Part shown: in pieces, positions 10,989 through 23,505 of the stretch | Position numbering within the stretch: position 1 is the first letter of the stretch | How the letters are laid out: every line of letters starts with the position of its first letter | Source: Octopus bimaculoides | Lineage: Eukaryota | Length of the DNA: 45,933 nt | Assembly: GCF_001194135.2 (NCBI RefSeq) | Contig: NC_068987.1 | Location: forward strand, 30,140,116-30,186,048 | Direction of reading: 5' to 3' | Translations under genes and position numbers: made by a program | The notes under the pieces: generated by a model | The model's input: the letters and a program-made list of their open reading frames with translations, nothing else | Told to the model about the DNA's origin: nothing | The model's database searches: none

Positions 10989-12500
10989 ACAGAAATCTTG
11001 GCAACCAATACGGAATCTTTTGTATGAGTCACTGGAAACTCCACTGCTGTCTTATATGGGTTAATGTATTCATAAATAAGGTATGAGTGACTTCCACAAA
11101 TAAAAAAAGACGAGCAGTCGTAGCTGGGAATCTTTGATCAAAGGTTTGCTTGATCAGGGCTGACTCAGGATAAACAATAATGACAAAAACTGAAAACACT
11201 CATTATAATCGCATTTAAAAGCAGGAAAACGCAAACATTACCTTTATCAAATCTCACTCTCTCTCCCGCTCCACAACACATACACAAGAGGCATTCCCTA
11301 TACTAGCGGTTTGCAAACTACAGATTGCTGATCAAATCTGGCCCACAGCCCGATTTCATCCAATCTGCTGAATTTAACGAATATGTAATGTTTCATAAAT
11401 AAATAAAAATCTTTGATTTCTTTATCCATCTTTGGTTAATGGACAATAAAATTCAGTATCGAAAAGTAGAACAAACACTGGTCTTTTGAAGTATTAAAAA
11501 AATCCTTCTACATGATAAAAAAAATTAATATTTTAAACTTGTCAAAATGAGTGTAGTAAATGTTTCCATTTTATTCAATGAATGGAGCAACAGATTGTCT
11601 CATACGTTGTCATAATATAATTTTCATGAATCATCTGTCCTAAGAAAGGAACGAATGACAAATAATGTTAACATGTCCGTTGAAGAAAGCAAGTGAATTG
11701 ATTAGTGTCACAAATATCTCAAAGTAATAACCACTACCTCCACCCCATTTAGCAAAACTAAAAATACATAACCCTTCACTGTATACTTTGTCATACATGG
11801 TGCATGCTGATTTTTGTCTCGTTAAATGTGATGCAATTCCTCTATTTCAAGTGACGTTTAAAAACGAAAATAATATCTATTTAAAAATAACAAGATAAGC
11901 TCTTTTATATATCAACACGGTTTCATTTTTTTTTTTAATTCGTTGTGATCCACAAAACAAAACATTTCCAGTCCAGCTGGTTTTCCCATCAAAAGTTTGC
12001 GGAACCCTACTCTATACTCATGTACAATACTACCAAACTATCACATGCTCTGCAAATGCTAAAAACAAACAACTATTACTTCATAACCTCAGAAAGAAAG
12101 CATCTTTTGTGGAGCGAATTTTTCAAGAACAAAGGTTGTTTTCTTTTTAGAGGCAGGATGAGAATGTTTTACTAATGTCAAACGAGCTGGTGCAATGGTT
12201 CTCTGAAACTGACCAGACAACCCGCTCAAAATATCAAAATTTCTACTCATTCTTTATTAATGAGAAGACAAAATATAGTTTGCATACATATAATTCTTTA
12301 TTCACCATTGGTGTTGGACAAATTTAATACTATCACAGTTTTATTTAACATGCCAATTTGTCAGTCGGCTTTAATTCTCACAGCTCCCACACAGGAGAGC
12401 CTAGTACCTAGCCGCTTATGAGAAAATCTTGTTACAATCTTCTTCATATCAGGAAAAGCCACTGTTATAATATGTCTTCTCTTTTAGATTAGGAGTGGAG

Positions 12501-12663
12501 AAACTTTGGTAAATTTTCAGATTAACACTCGCAAGATTTTCACTAGGGTGTTAGGGTTTTAGGGTCAGGGTTTTAGGTTTAGGGAATTCCGTCCCTAACT
12601 CTAAAACCCTAACACTCTAGTGAAAATCGTGCGGGTGTTAATCTGAAAATTTGCCGAAACTTT
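12501..12663. mobile_element. Foldback element with ~70-bp arms ending in telomere-like TTAGGG/TTTTAGGG repeats
   Basis: 12501-12570 is the reverse complement of 12593-12663 with few mismatches; 22-nt spacer. Confidence 0.8.
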
Positions 12664-12714
12664 TTAGCGCGGCGGGCAAATGTCTATCTATCTATCTATT
12701 TATATATATATATA

Positions 12715-13068
12715 CTAGCAGCTAAGCCCGGTTTCACCCGGTCAGAGAACGATGCGAAGAGAGAAACGAAGACATAAAAAAGAGGAAGAAGTGGATACGA
12801 AATGGTGTTTGGGCGACGGATCTTGGTAGAAAAAAAAGAATGTCATGGTGAGTTAGTAAGGAGTGCAAAGCAAGACTGGACTTACGTGGGCGGGCAGGAC
12901 GATGAAAAAATTGCGGAGCTGAAATTGGAGCAGTTGAAGTTGTCGTTGTTATCATTCGAGTGCTTCTTGGTAGACAACATTCTTCGTCCTTCCCGCTTGC
13001 ACTGATTGTCCCTGCGCCTTGTTGATTGTCATGGGAAAGCAGAGTTTGATGGGAAATTGCATGTTTAA
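12715..13068 (-). mobile_element. Helitron 3' portion, copy 2, inserted in (TA)n; runs into N-gap 13069-13942
   Basis: Minus strand ends gaccgggtgaaaccgggcttagctgCTAG|T (hairpin + CTAG + T). Helicase remnant QFPIKLCFPMTINKAQGQSVQA-GRTKNVVYQEALE. Confidence 0.9.
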
Positions 13069-13945
13069 NNNNNNNNNNNNNNNNNNNNNNNNNNNNNNNN
13101 NNNNNNNNNNNNNNNNNNNNNNNNNNNNNNNNNNNNNNNNNNNNNNNNNNNNNNNNNNNNNNNNNNNNNNNNNNNNNNNNNNNNNNNNNNNNNNNNNNNN
13201 NNNNNNNNNNNNNNNNNNNNNNNNNNNNNNNNNNNNNNNNNNNNNNNNNNNNNNNNNNNNNNNNNNNNNNNNNNNNNNNNNNNNNNNNNNNNNNNNNNNN
13301 NNNNNNNNNNNNNNNNNNNNNNNNNNNNNNNNNNNNNNNNNNNNNNNNNNNNNNNNNNNNNNNNNNNNNNNNNNNNNNNNNNNNNNNNNNNNNNNNNNNN
13401 NNNNNNNNNNNNNNNNNNNNNNNNNNNNNNNNNNNNNNNNNNNNNNNNNNNNNNNNNNNNNNNNNNNNNNNNNNNNNNNNNNNNNNNNNNNNNNNNNNNN
13501 NNNNNNNNNNNNNNNNNNNNNNNNNNNNNNNNNNNNNNNNNNNNNNNNNNNNNNNNNNNNNNNNNNNNNNNNNNNNNNNNNNNNNNNNNNNNNNNNNNNN
13601 NNNNNNNNNNNNNNNNNNNNNNNNNNNNNNNNNNNNNNNNNNNNNNNNNNNNNNNNNNNNNNNNNNNNNNNNNNNNNNNNNNNNNNNNNNNNNNNNNNNN
13701 NNNNNNNNNNNNNNNNNNNNNNNNNNNNNNNNNNNNNNNNNNNNNNNNNNNNNNNNNNNNNNNNNNNNNNNNNNNNNNNNNNNNNNNNNNNNNNNNNNNN
13801 NNNNNNNNNNNNNNNNNNNNNNNNNNNNNNNNNNNNNNNNNNNNNNNNNNNNNNNNNNNNNNNNNNNNNNNNNNNNNNNNNNNNNNNNNNNNNNNNNNNN
13901 NNNNNNNNNNNNNNNNNNNNNNNNNNNNNNNNNNNNNNNNNNCTC

Positions 13946-13989
<44 letters not shown>

Positions 13990-14040
13990 TAAAGGATAAG
14001 TATATTAAAAGAGGTCCGTGGGAAAACTCATTTAAATAAC

Positions 14041-14076
14041 AAGGGTCCTTGGTAGTGAAAAGGATGGGAACCACTG
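14041..14076. mobile_element. hAT (Charlie-like) terminus; partner end not seen
   Basis: aagggtccttggtagtgaaaaggatgggaaccactg is the reverse complement of a CAGTGGTTCCCA-type TIR. Confidence 0.5.
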
Positions 14077-14538
14077 ACGGACTGAAAAAGTGACCAGTGC
14101 TCATTGAGCTTCTTAAGTCTCTCCGAGACTGGTGGGAGGAGGAAAAACGTTATCGTCAGACAGAAGACATGCCCCTCTTACCCGGAACAGATAAGATACC
14201 TCTGAAAATATCGAAGTACCAGATGTTGGTGTTAAACTGGGTGACGGATTAAATCTACCACCCAAAAGTGGGAACGGTCCCACTTATGGAATTGTGTAGT
14301 TTCTCTCTTATTAAATTTTACTTACATGGTTTTAGGGTAAAATAAGAAAACATTTTCCCAAGCTGCCGTACTGTGAGATGGAACCAGAAAACATCAGACT
14401 ACTAACCAAACTTTCTAACTGCAGTAATACTTCCAACCAACATTGCTGAATATTCTCACTAATTCTTGCAAATTTCAATGAAAATATATAAACTTATAGC
14501 TTCTGAGTTCACATACATACGTGCGTACATACATATAA

Positions 14539-15028
14539 GGACATACCTAACAAGTGTGCTCATGCAAGTGTGTTTCCTCATAGATTTCAGAAAAATGTAT
14601 ACTTTGTAATAAAATTTTCAACAAATACCTTACAGATGGTGTAGATTCCGATTACATCGGAATTTGTTGTGAAAAATTTTGTTGGAGGTGGGGAGAAGAG
14701 TTTCGGATAATTCACATGAATCGACTGGTTTAGATAATGATTATATCAGAATTTAATGTGAAAGATCAAAAAAATTGGTGGGTGGGCATACATATTGACC
14801 CACATCACATTACTTTAAAAAATTTCATGTTTCATTTTGTAGGTATACATGTGGTGTGTGCCATTAAGTATGTGTGCGCAGCCCACCAATTTATTTAAAC
14901 ATTAAATTCCGATAAAGTAGTAACACCATTTGAAAGATATTTGTAAAATGTTTCATTAAAAAATATCCACTTTTCTTAAAGTTATGAGGAAACAAAGTCG
15001 GTGGATGACACACTTGTGTAGGAATGCC
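14539..15028. mobile_element. Old foldback MITE with >110-bp diverged inverted arms
   Basis: Left arm acaagtgtg...tgtttcctcata...atcggaattt pairs with the reverse complement of right arm aaattccgat...tatgaggaaaca...cacacttgt. Confidence 0.7.
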
Positions 15029-15584
15029 GAAAAGGTGATAACTTTAGTTATAATCATACCACCGAATATTAAGTGTTCGGATTGTTTAGTGTTGCATACA
15101 TCAACAATATCTGGTAATCCCATCAGCAAGATTTCTTTTAATTAATTATGTTTATCAACCAAAGTCATATTAAACAATAGCTTAAGACCATATCCTTGAT
15201 CCAATCGACCGGAGGATACTACGAATGAGAAATGACAACTGTCTTCGTCCAGCGACATGGGCAATAAAACGTTGACCAAGCCAACAAGCGACCCCTCTTT
15301 ATGTACTAATTCGACCTGCTAGAAATAATAGTTATATACCGCTCAAAATCAAAAAAATTTTAAATGTCATTTTGTTGTGTGTGTGTGTGTGTGCTAAAAA
15401 TCTAATTTTTACATACCTCTCTTAATTCCAAAAGACCCTCAACCACAACATGGGTTATGTTCGTCATAAAACATTAGTAGACAAAACACTTCAATTTCAC
15501 TTCTTGTCATAGGGTGGAGGGGAAGGGGTGTTTATTTATTTTTTTTTTGGAAAAATTGAAAGCTTACAGAATTTTTTTTTTCAG

Positions 15585-15924
15585 AGGAGTGGCTATGTTG
15601 TTAAGTAGCTTGCTTACGAACCACATGGTTCTGGGTTCAGTCCCACTGCGTGGCACCTTGGGCAAGTGTCTTCTACTATAGCCTCGGGCTGACCAAAGCC
15701 TTGTGAGTGGATTTGGTAGACGGAAATTGAAAGAAGCCTGTCGTATATATGTATGTATGTGTGTGTCTGTGTTTGTCCTCCGAACATCGCTTGACAACCG
15801 ATGGTGGTGTGTTTACGTCCCTGTAACATAGCGGTTCGGCAAAAGAGACCGATAGAATAAGTACCAGGCTTACAAAAAACAAGTCCTGGGGTCGAAGTCA
15901 AATGACTGAAACAAGTAAAAGAGT
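15585..15924 (+). mobile_element. tRNA-derived SINE, family B (CORE-like, internal microsatellite)
   Basis: aggagtggct...gggttcagtcccactgcgtggcaccttgggcaagtgtcttctactatagcc...gactgaaacaagtaaaagag; ~36-bp internal deletion near the 3' end relative to the 32386 copy. Confidence 0.92.
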
Positions 15925-16859
15925 AATCATAATCCTAATCTCCGTATTTTTTTACGTATTTCGCAAAAAAAAAAAAAATTTAAAGTGGAAATTTAAGAAA
16001 TTTATGTGGGGGTGGAGAAGGCGGTGGTGGGGATTTAAATTTTGAAATGCAAATTTTTTTTGCAGATTCGGAATCTCCGCCCTAGATATAGTGTATTCCT
16101 GTAAAAAATGAAACCCCGCAAAAGTCCCAAAGAGGGCGCGATCCATGATCTTCACCTCCGCCCAAAATCACAGAGGAAAAGAAACGATGTCAGCAAAAAC
16201 GACGAGATTATCATGGTTGGAATGTCTATGATTATAGGCCTACTGAATCAGAGCTGGCCAGGGCCTAAAAGACAAAAACAGACTATACCTCTTCCTTTAT
16301 CCTTCACTATTTTTCCCCCACCCTCCATCACAATCTATTTAATATCACCAGAAAATCTTGAAGGGTCCTGTCCAAATATTCAATTTATTTTTCCTAGCGG
16401 CAAACCATTTTATTTTACTCTTCAACTTTTGTGGTTTTGCTCCTGGTCAGCCCTAATATCGTAGACCTGAACAAAAGTATTAGTCTTGACCGTCCTGTTT
16501 TCTTTAATTAAAAATTTTAAAGTTTTTTTTTTTTTTGAAGCCTAATATATATTTAGACTACTTTATCCAATGTGTCCTTTCCTCTTAAGACAGCAGTCAT
16601 AATACGAGGGAAACTTGGGTGCTATTTCTAGCAGGTCGAAATACCACCTAAAGGATTCTTTCGACAGTTCACACGAACTGTTTCTTATCAACACTAGATC
16701 AAATGGCAGAAGAGTTATTGTTCTTCGTTAATAGATGTAAAGTGTGACATGCCGCTGGGGGGCGTTGTTATCAACAGTGCAGTGAAAGGAATTTTTAAAA
16801 ATAAAGAAAAGAAAACCAAATAAAAAAATAGAATTAAATCTCAAACTGAGTTTAACGAA

Positions 16860-17006
16860 ATGCGATGTAGTGTCGACGACCACCACCACTGAAACAACAG
16901 CAACAGACAGCGATCTATGAGTTTCATCAGCAGGCAAAGACTGTTGCCGCCGCTGCTGCTGCTGCGCTGCTTCTCAGAAGGAAGAGGAGGAAGGGGGATA
17001 GTATAA
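16860..17006 (+). other. Candidate non-coding first exon / TSS region upstream of the kinesin exon
   Basis: GC- and CpG-richer stretch with a (GCT)n run, ending at a strong donor AA|GTGAGT (GT at 17007). The 5' boundary is a guess. Confidence 0.35.
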
Positions 17007-17837
17007 GTGAGTGTGTTACTTTAATTAGTGTTGAGGAAAACCTTCATTAAAATCAATAAGACCAGGAGAGTGTCTAGTCTGACTGACTTCTTCAACAGGG
17101 AACCACTCAGTTAGAACTGTTGGCTCCCTCTTTCATCTTTATGCACTGGAATTGCTAAGGACACAACAAGTTGTTGATTTGTAATTCTATATTTCCAGAA
17201 TAGGAAACTATCAACATCTGACAGTCGTTTCTTCATGGTAGCTTTAATTAAAGGACTTCAAAGGAAAGTACCAGTAAAAAAAAAAAAAGAAAATAGCGCA
17301 AACCTCCCGTATATATTTAGTACTTTACTGACTATTTTAAATCTTGCTGAACGAAAAAGGTTTGTTATACATGAAGACAGCATGTCAGTTAAGAACATCT
17401 TATTCTGGTAATCCTTTTTGATTTTTTGTGTTTGTAAAATTAATGCATTTTAGTTATTTATTCGGTTTGCTGCTGCAGTTGTAACTCGTCTTCTGTCGAT
17501 ATTACTACTGCTGCTAAACATGCCATGGACTCTTTACTTACTACTGTCCTTGTCAATCGCTGACTATCGACGGCTGTGGCCAGGACCGAACCTACAACTA
17601 GGAGTTTATTTATGATTATGAATTATGTCAAGCTTATCTACTTCAATGTCATTTCTCTAACGACATTTCAACGTCTGCTCATTTAAAGTTCTGGTTTGTC
17701 TATGTCCACCGTTTCTACACCTCGCTGTTATGGTTTAATGCTATGGAGAGTCAGCAGTGTTATTGTAGCATGGAAAACTATTGACCAGGAACGAATTACA
17801 AAAAATAACTGAATGCTAACGATTTATATTAACCGAT

Positions 17838-17878
17838 ATGGATGCAACACAAGGAGATGCCGTGAAAGTGGCACTGAG
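17838..17878 (+). CDS. KIF21: First coding exon of a kinesin-4 (KIF21-like) motor protein
   Basis: ATG at 17838 with good context (gatATGg) and an in-frame stop at 17817. Encodes MDATQGDAVKVAL plus AG (R, phase 2), then GTAAGT at 17879. Resembles my recollection of vertebrate KIF21B MAGQGDCCVKVAVR|IRP. Only 14 aa, so the subfamily call is not secure. Confidence 0.65.
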
Positions 17879-20800
17879 GTAAGTGTTTCATTTTGTCTCG
17901 TCTTATGTGCGCACATACATTGTCACATAAATTTGGTGTGCATTTTTTGTGTTAGGAAAGAGGGACATGGCCTAGACAGACGTGTCAGTAGATGCATGAA
18001 GGGAAGAAAAACACTGTTGCAGCATGTTTGTCAACTGGTAGTTGTTTATTTAACCTTAGCACTTTCATGTCAGTACTATGTTGATACATTTAATCCTTAG
18101 TTTGTGTGTGCATGTGTATATATCGAAGGGTCTTTGTAACAAGTGCTTATCCGGGTTTGCATTTTTGTCCCCCTTATTACGAGGCTTAACTGCATTTCAA
18201 AGGAAGTTTTGGAAAGAATAGCAGAATCCAGAGACCACGTTTTGGTCAGCAAGAATGCTAATAATAATAATAATAATAATGGTGATAATAATAATAGCTG
18301 CACGCAAAGACGCTTTAAAGAAACGCACGTGCATCTGTGTATTGTATGTATGCATGGTTATGAGTGTATTGTATTTGGTGATGCTTGTAATTAATATATA
18401 CATCAAGTACACTGTACACCGGATCTTTTTATTTAACCGGACTGACATTATCACTTTCTCTGACTGTCTATGTAAATGACCAAAGGAGCCTCTATGCACT
18501 TGTTTGATTGGCTAGAAATAGCAGCTAAATTCTTTCATATGCCCTACTGCCTTTACATTGGACAGTTAATGTTTTATGGCATGCTTAAAAATAGTAAGTA
18601 ATGGTGTAGAACTAAACATTAAATAAATACGGCGTGTAATTTTGCAAACAGACTCTGACTAAACGCAGTTCGTAACTATAACAACCGCAGACCTTAGAAA
18701 TACAACTAAAGACGGCTCCACCCACAATATCTGACAATTAGGGAGTCATGCTGAGTAGGGGATAAGGTGCACGCCACCAGATAACATGTTCACATAATGC
18801 ATTCAGGATGCAAATGGAATTAAAATAAGACTAGTCGTCTGTATACAGAAAATGGAATGGTAATTTGGAATGCCTCTGATCATATGTCTCTTAAGTCACA
18901 CCAGACCTGGAGCTAAACAACCAACTACTGTGTTGATAATTACACATGTCTAGCTCTAGTAGTCCTCTAACATATTAGATAATGTAATCCTACGGTGAAC
19001 AAGGCATAAAAGAAACACGAAGTGGTCATGACTAGGATATCCTTGACAATAGTTCTGCTCAACCAGGGTTGACTTTGGGTTAAAAAAAAAAACTACACAT
19101 TTCTACGAGTCAAGTAGGGAGAAGTGCTCGTTTAAGTAATCAAATTATCTTCCTATAATGGGGAACGGGTTCAAGTATTAAATCCCCGAGTAACATAGCC
19201 GTGTCACAAATAGAAACTCTGTTGAAACGAGCGAAGGTGGAAGTCTCTACAGGGTCGCTCTACTTGCTTAAAATAACAGCCAAATCTCACTATGCAGTCT
19301 TTATTAAAAAGGTCACATTAGATAATTTAGTCTTAGATACACGCTTTTTCACGCAAATAATAATAATAACCGAAACGCATTTGATCAGAGAACTGCTTAA
19401 TCAGAACCGGCCTGTGGTTAAATAACCAATTCCAACGAATTCTTCGTAACGCTGGTTTGATCGGGGGAAGTGAAAGAAAATGCAACAATTCGGTATAGGA
19501 AGGGTTTTTTTTAATCTTAGATATATAGATGCATGTATTCTGGTAAACCTGATATTCACTCTATTGCTGTTAACTCTAATTGCTGATTTAGTTAGAAATA
19601 GATAAATGATATCGTTTCATGTTTGAATTAAATATGTGGACGCTGATTATCAAACACACATATCCACTTCTATCATTTTTTTTTTTTCAAATATTTTCTT
19701 TCTCTTTCGTTCTATATTATCGTTATGTAAACATTATCACAACATTGTAGAATGCAGTTTCGTTGACGATGTTGTCATAGTGAACGTTAATTTGTATACA
19801 TACATAGAGTAAAATAGAAAATTCGTTCGTTTGTTCGTCATTCATTCATTCATTCATCTAGTGGGTGAATGACTAAATCACTATTTTTGCTTTGTATTAT
19901 ATTTGCCTTTCAACTCAACTGACAGGCATTTTTTTAACCGCCATACAAATCCCCCCCTACCATCCACATTTTTTCGATCACATCTATGAAAATCACTCTA
20001 GTCTTCGATCTTTACACACACCGTTCTATATTTAGCTGATATCTGAGAAAAGAAGGGAAACTACGTTGTTCTACGCGTCAGTTCGTGCTGTTTGCATGGA
20101 TGGAATCGTTGTGCTCGATATATCGAAGATTAAATGTATTCACCTTGTCTCGTGTTCGCGTGCACGTCTCGTGTGTGTGTGTGTGTGTGTGCGCGCGCGC
20201 GTCTGATGTTTTCTTTTCTGGCAATCTAATTCAATATCAACTGTGCATAATTAAAACAGTCAAAAATATAAGCTTGAAGTAAAATTAATGCATAAGCGCT
20301 AAAAATGCAAAACAAACCTCAAAATCTGGTTTTCGGCGAGGTGACAATAAATATTTTTGATTCTTTTATGTTAATTTCATACAGCTTGTAGCTATGTTTT
20401 CATCTTTCTGCAAGCATCATTGTTATGCTTTGTGAAATGATTTTTTCTTCGTTATTCATAATTTAGATATGTTTCTAATGGAATGAGATATGACATTAGC
20501 AATTTTTTTTTCACCGATATCTACATTCCTATGAATTAATAATACTATATGAAATGTCGTTTAGTTAATTGCATCTCTTAATATTTATCTGACTAGAAAT
20601 ATATTGGTGTTCGATTTGACATTTCTTCTAGTTATATGAAAATGTGTCCTTCAATTATATAACTACTGGCATTGTACAGGAATTCACAGGTGTTTTGTTT
20701 ACTGGCTAAACTATACATTACTGGCCTCATTGCACCCAAATGTGGCGTTTATTCATATTTTTGAAGTCGTGTTTACATAATTATTTTGATAACCGATTTT

Positions 20801-21246
20801 TACTCAATGTAGACAACCACAAGTCTCCTCGAATTTTTTACCTTATGCAATTTCACTCATTCCAGCACTTTCCCTCACCGCCACATAAGATGGAAAAAAT
20901 GAAAGGGTACTTGTGTTCAAGCCATGGCCAAACACCCCGTCCTTTTCCGTAACCGAGGCTACGTTTTTTATTGCCCTTCCTTTTTGTAAGATTGTAGTTG
21001 ATTTGAAGTAATTTGTCTGCTATTCTAGCAGACGGAACGATCGCATAGGGGCCCTCATGACAAAGAGGCAGTAGTCATAAAATATCTTTTCAATGACAGT
21101 AACCGCCTCTTTTAAAGTCTTATTCCTAATTATTGTACATTACACTCTCATTTTTAAATACAAAATATATTATCTAATTTAGGATTTCACTGTTAAGACT
21201 TTCCAGTTAAGTCTTTCCATATATAGTTCGCCAACAGTATTTAAAT

Positions 21247-21476
21247 TTTGTGACACGTGCAGTTAATGTTTTGCTTAAATTTCTTTCGGTTGCTAATTTC
21301 AATAGTACTCAGCAGCCACCTGTCAACTTGTCTGTTTCAATTCATTTATACTTTCACGCCCAATTTACGCGGCAACTTAGTTAAAAAGTGTCAAATTGGT
21401 CCTTATCTTTCCATTTTTTGCCTGTTAAGCTGATCTTTATGCATTCTCATTTAAACGAGAAACCGAACTGATAGAC
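21247..21476 (+). repeat. 230-bp direct repeat, copy 1
   Basis: Identical to 23506-23735 except for 2 substitutions seen by eye. Confidence 0.95.
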
Positions 21477-22540
21477 TTCGTTTGCTAATTTTTGTTCAAC
21501 ATTTTGAGACTTAAACATGCTTCAGGAGTCTTTATGCCTGTCGCTTATACCTATTAGAAATTGCCTGTCAGCTATCCCTCATATCACGCTCTGTGGTTTT
21601 AGAAAGTGGGTATAAGACATCAGTTAGGATAGTCCTAGATATCCAAGAACATTTGGATGGTTACGGCTGAAATGCTTTTGGACATGGCCTTGTTTAGTCG
21701 GGATCAAGTTTTGACTAAACATTTTCGTCTAGGAAATGCCTAAGTTTTACTCTGTTAGTTTCTATTACAATTCTCAACGGGCATTTAACCACTTGTTGAC
21801 ATACTCAGTTCATAATTTACAACAGCTAAAGACAGTTAAATATATACCATGCATAAATGTAGCATATAGGCTGTTAGCAACTTGTCAAATATTTGTTTTA
21901 ATATACTTTTCCATTATTTCTGAATAACTCATGTTAATTACTGGAAGTTCTGTCATCTTAACTAGATTACATAATCGGCTTTCTAACTCAACCGGAACAA
22001 TTATTTATTTTATTTTTATTTGCTTAACGAGTTTATTTCGAGCGAGTATTTCTATTTTAAATTGTCGCAGTTTGTTAGTTTTGAATTACCTACTTCAAAA
22101 AAGTTCGGTGTCACTCAATATTCTCTGGTTTTGAGTTCAAATACACAAACCGGTCCAACTTGAAAATAACATAATCCCCTGTTTATTTGTCGAATCGTTG
22201 GTTTTTCTTTTTCATGTTGTTTAGTTATTTGTTCAATGACTCGTTGTTAGCTTCAATATTCTGTTTGTGAAACATCTCTCTGTTTCTCCGGTTACTGCTA
22301 ATTACTTTTTTGCAAGTTGTATCTGCAAATTTTATGGAAAGTTCTTTTAAATAACCTTCTGTTGGCTACTATATCTCATCTATTAGGCGGATCTCTGAAC
22401 ATTTGAAGCATTTTTTTATAGATTTTCTATAATCACTATCTTTTTAAGACACAAGGCAAACATTAGTTTGCCGAACCTTGTAAATAGTAAGGACAAAATG
22501 ATCGGTGGTGAGTTCAACTTAATCAATATCAAATGGAGGA

Positions 22541-22721
22541 GGGGCGGTAGGTATTGCGTGCTGCTTTTGTTGGGCCTGCTGCATTAGCATGAATAGGGGC
22601 GGAGGTGAGGGACAAACTCAAAGGCTGCTCCGGGCAACATTCTCTCTAGTTATGTCAGTGGTCTACTTCCATTGGACCAACTTTCTGATTATGGACTGCC
22701 AAGTCACTTATATTGGATTGG
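22541..22721. promoter_or_regulatory. Cluster of GC boxes and reverse CCAAT boxes
   Basis: GGGGCGG at 22541 and 22596; ATTGG at 22671, 22712 and 22717, in an otherwise AT-rich context. Confidence 0.3.
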
Positions 22722-23505
22722 GGGTTGTGAGGCGGCCCATCATAGATACATCTTATACCAAGTAAATAATGTATCAAACTACATAAGGTTCCACATTGGC
22801 AACACAAATCGTGCCACTTCATGGAAATTATAATTTAAAAATTTGAATATCTTCCCCCCCCCCCCCTCTCAGTAATCAGCTCCAAAAGACAATGAAGATT
22901 TCATGTGGTGCATGTATAGAAAATCAGCCCAGCAGAGACCCTTTTTTTTTTTTTTTTTTTTTTTTCTTGGGAATAGTCATACAGAGATTTGAACCTGTCA
23001 GTTTAGCCAGCACTGTAGAATTAGATTAGATTAATAACCCATTGTCATTAGGGAACCACTAGGGGCTGTTTTGTGTGCAGTGTATGAAGGGCTGGTTACT
23101 TTTGTAGAACATTGCTTTGCCAGCTAATAAAATAGTTGTCAATATCTTGTGGCATTTAATTGCATGCCTTCATATTCTGAGTTCAAATCCAGCTGAGGTC
23201 AGCTTTGCCTTTCGTCAGCCCAGAGTTGATAAAATAGTTAGCAATCAAATACTCTTCATCGTCATGGTGTCAGTTCACTTGTCTGGACCAGACATCCTGA
23301 TTAAGCAATGTGGCATGAACATCTGCTTTAAGTTTTAATCACATTGGTCTTTTGCTAGCTGGAATATCTCATCTGTGCATGCCTCAACTACAGATGATAG
23401 CATTAGTTGGTGAAAACTGAACAAATTGATCCTAGCTCTTGACTATTCACACACTTAGCATCCAGTGATATTCATTGATTCAATGAGATTCATTTGTCAA
23501 ATTAG

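Noticed and set aside
12546-12612. True interstitial telomere array
   Set aside because: Only a few imperfect units, embedded in a palindromic element; reported as a foldback element instead.
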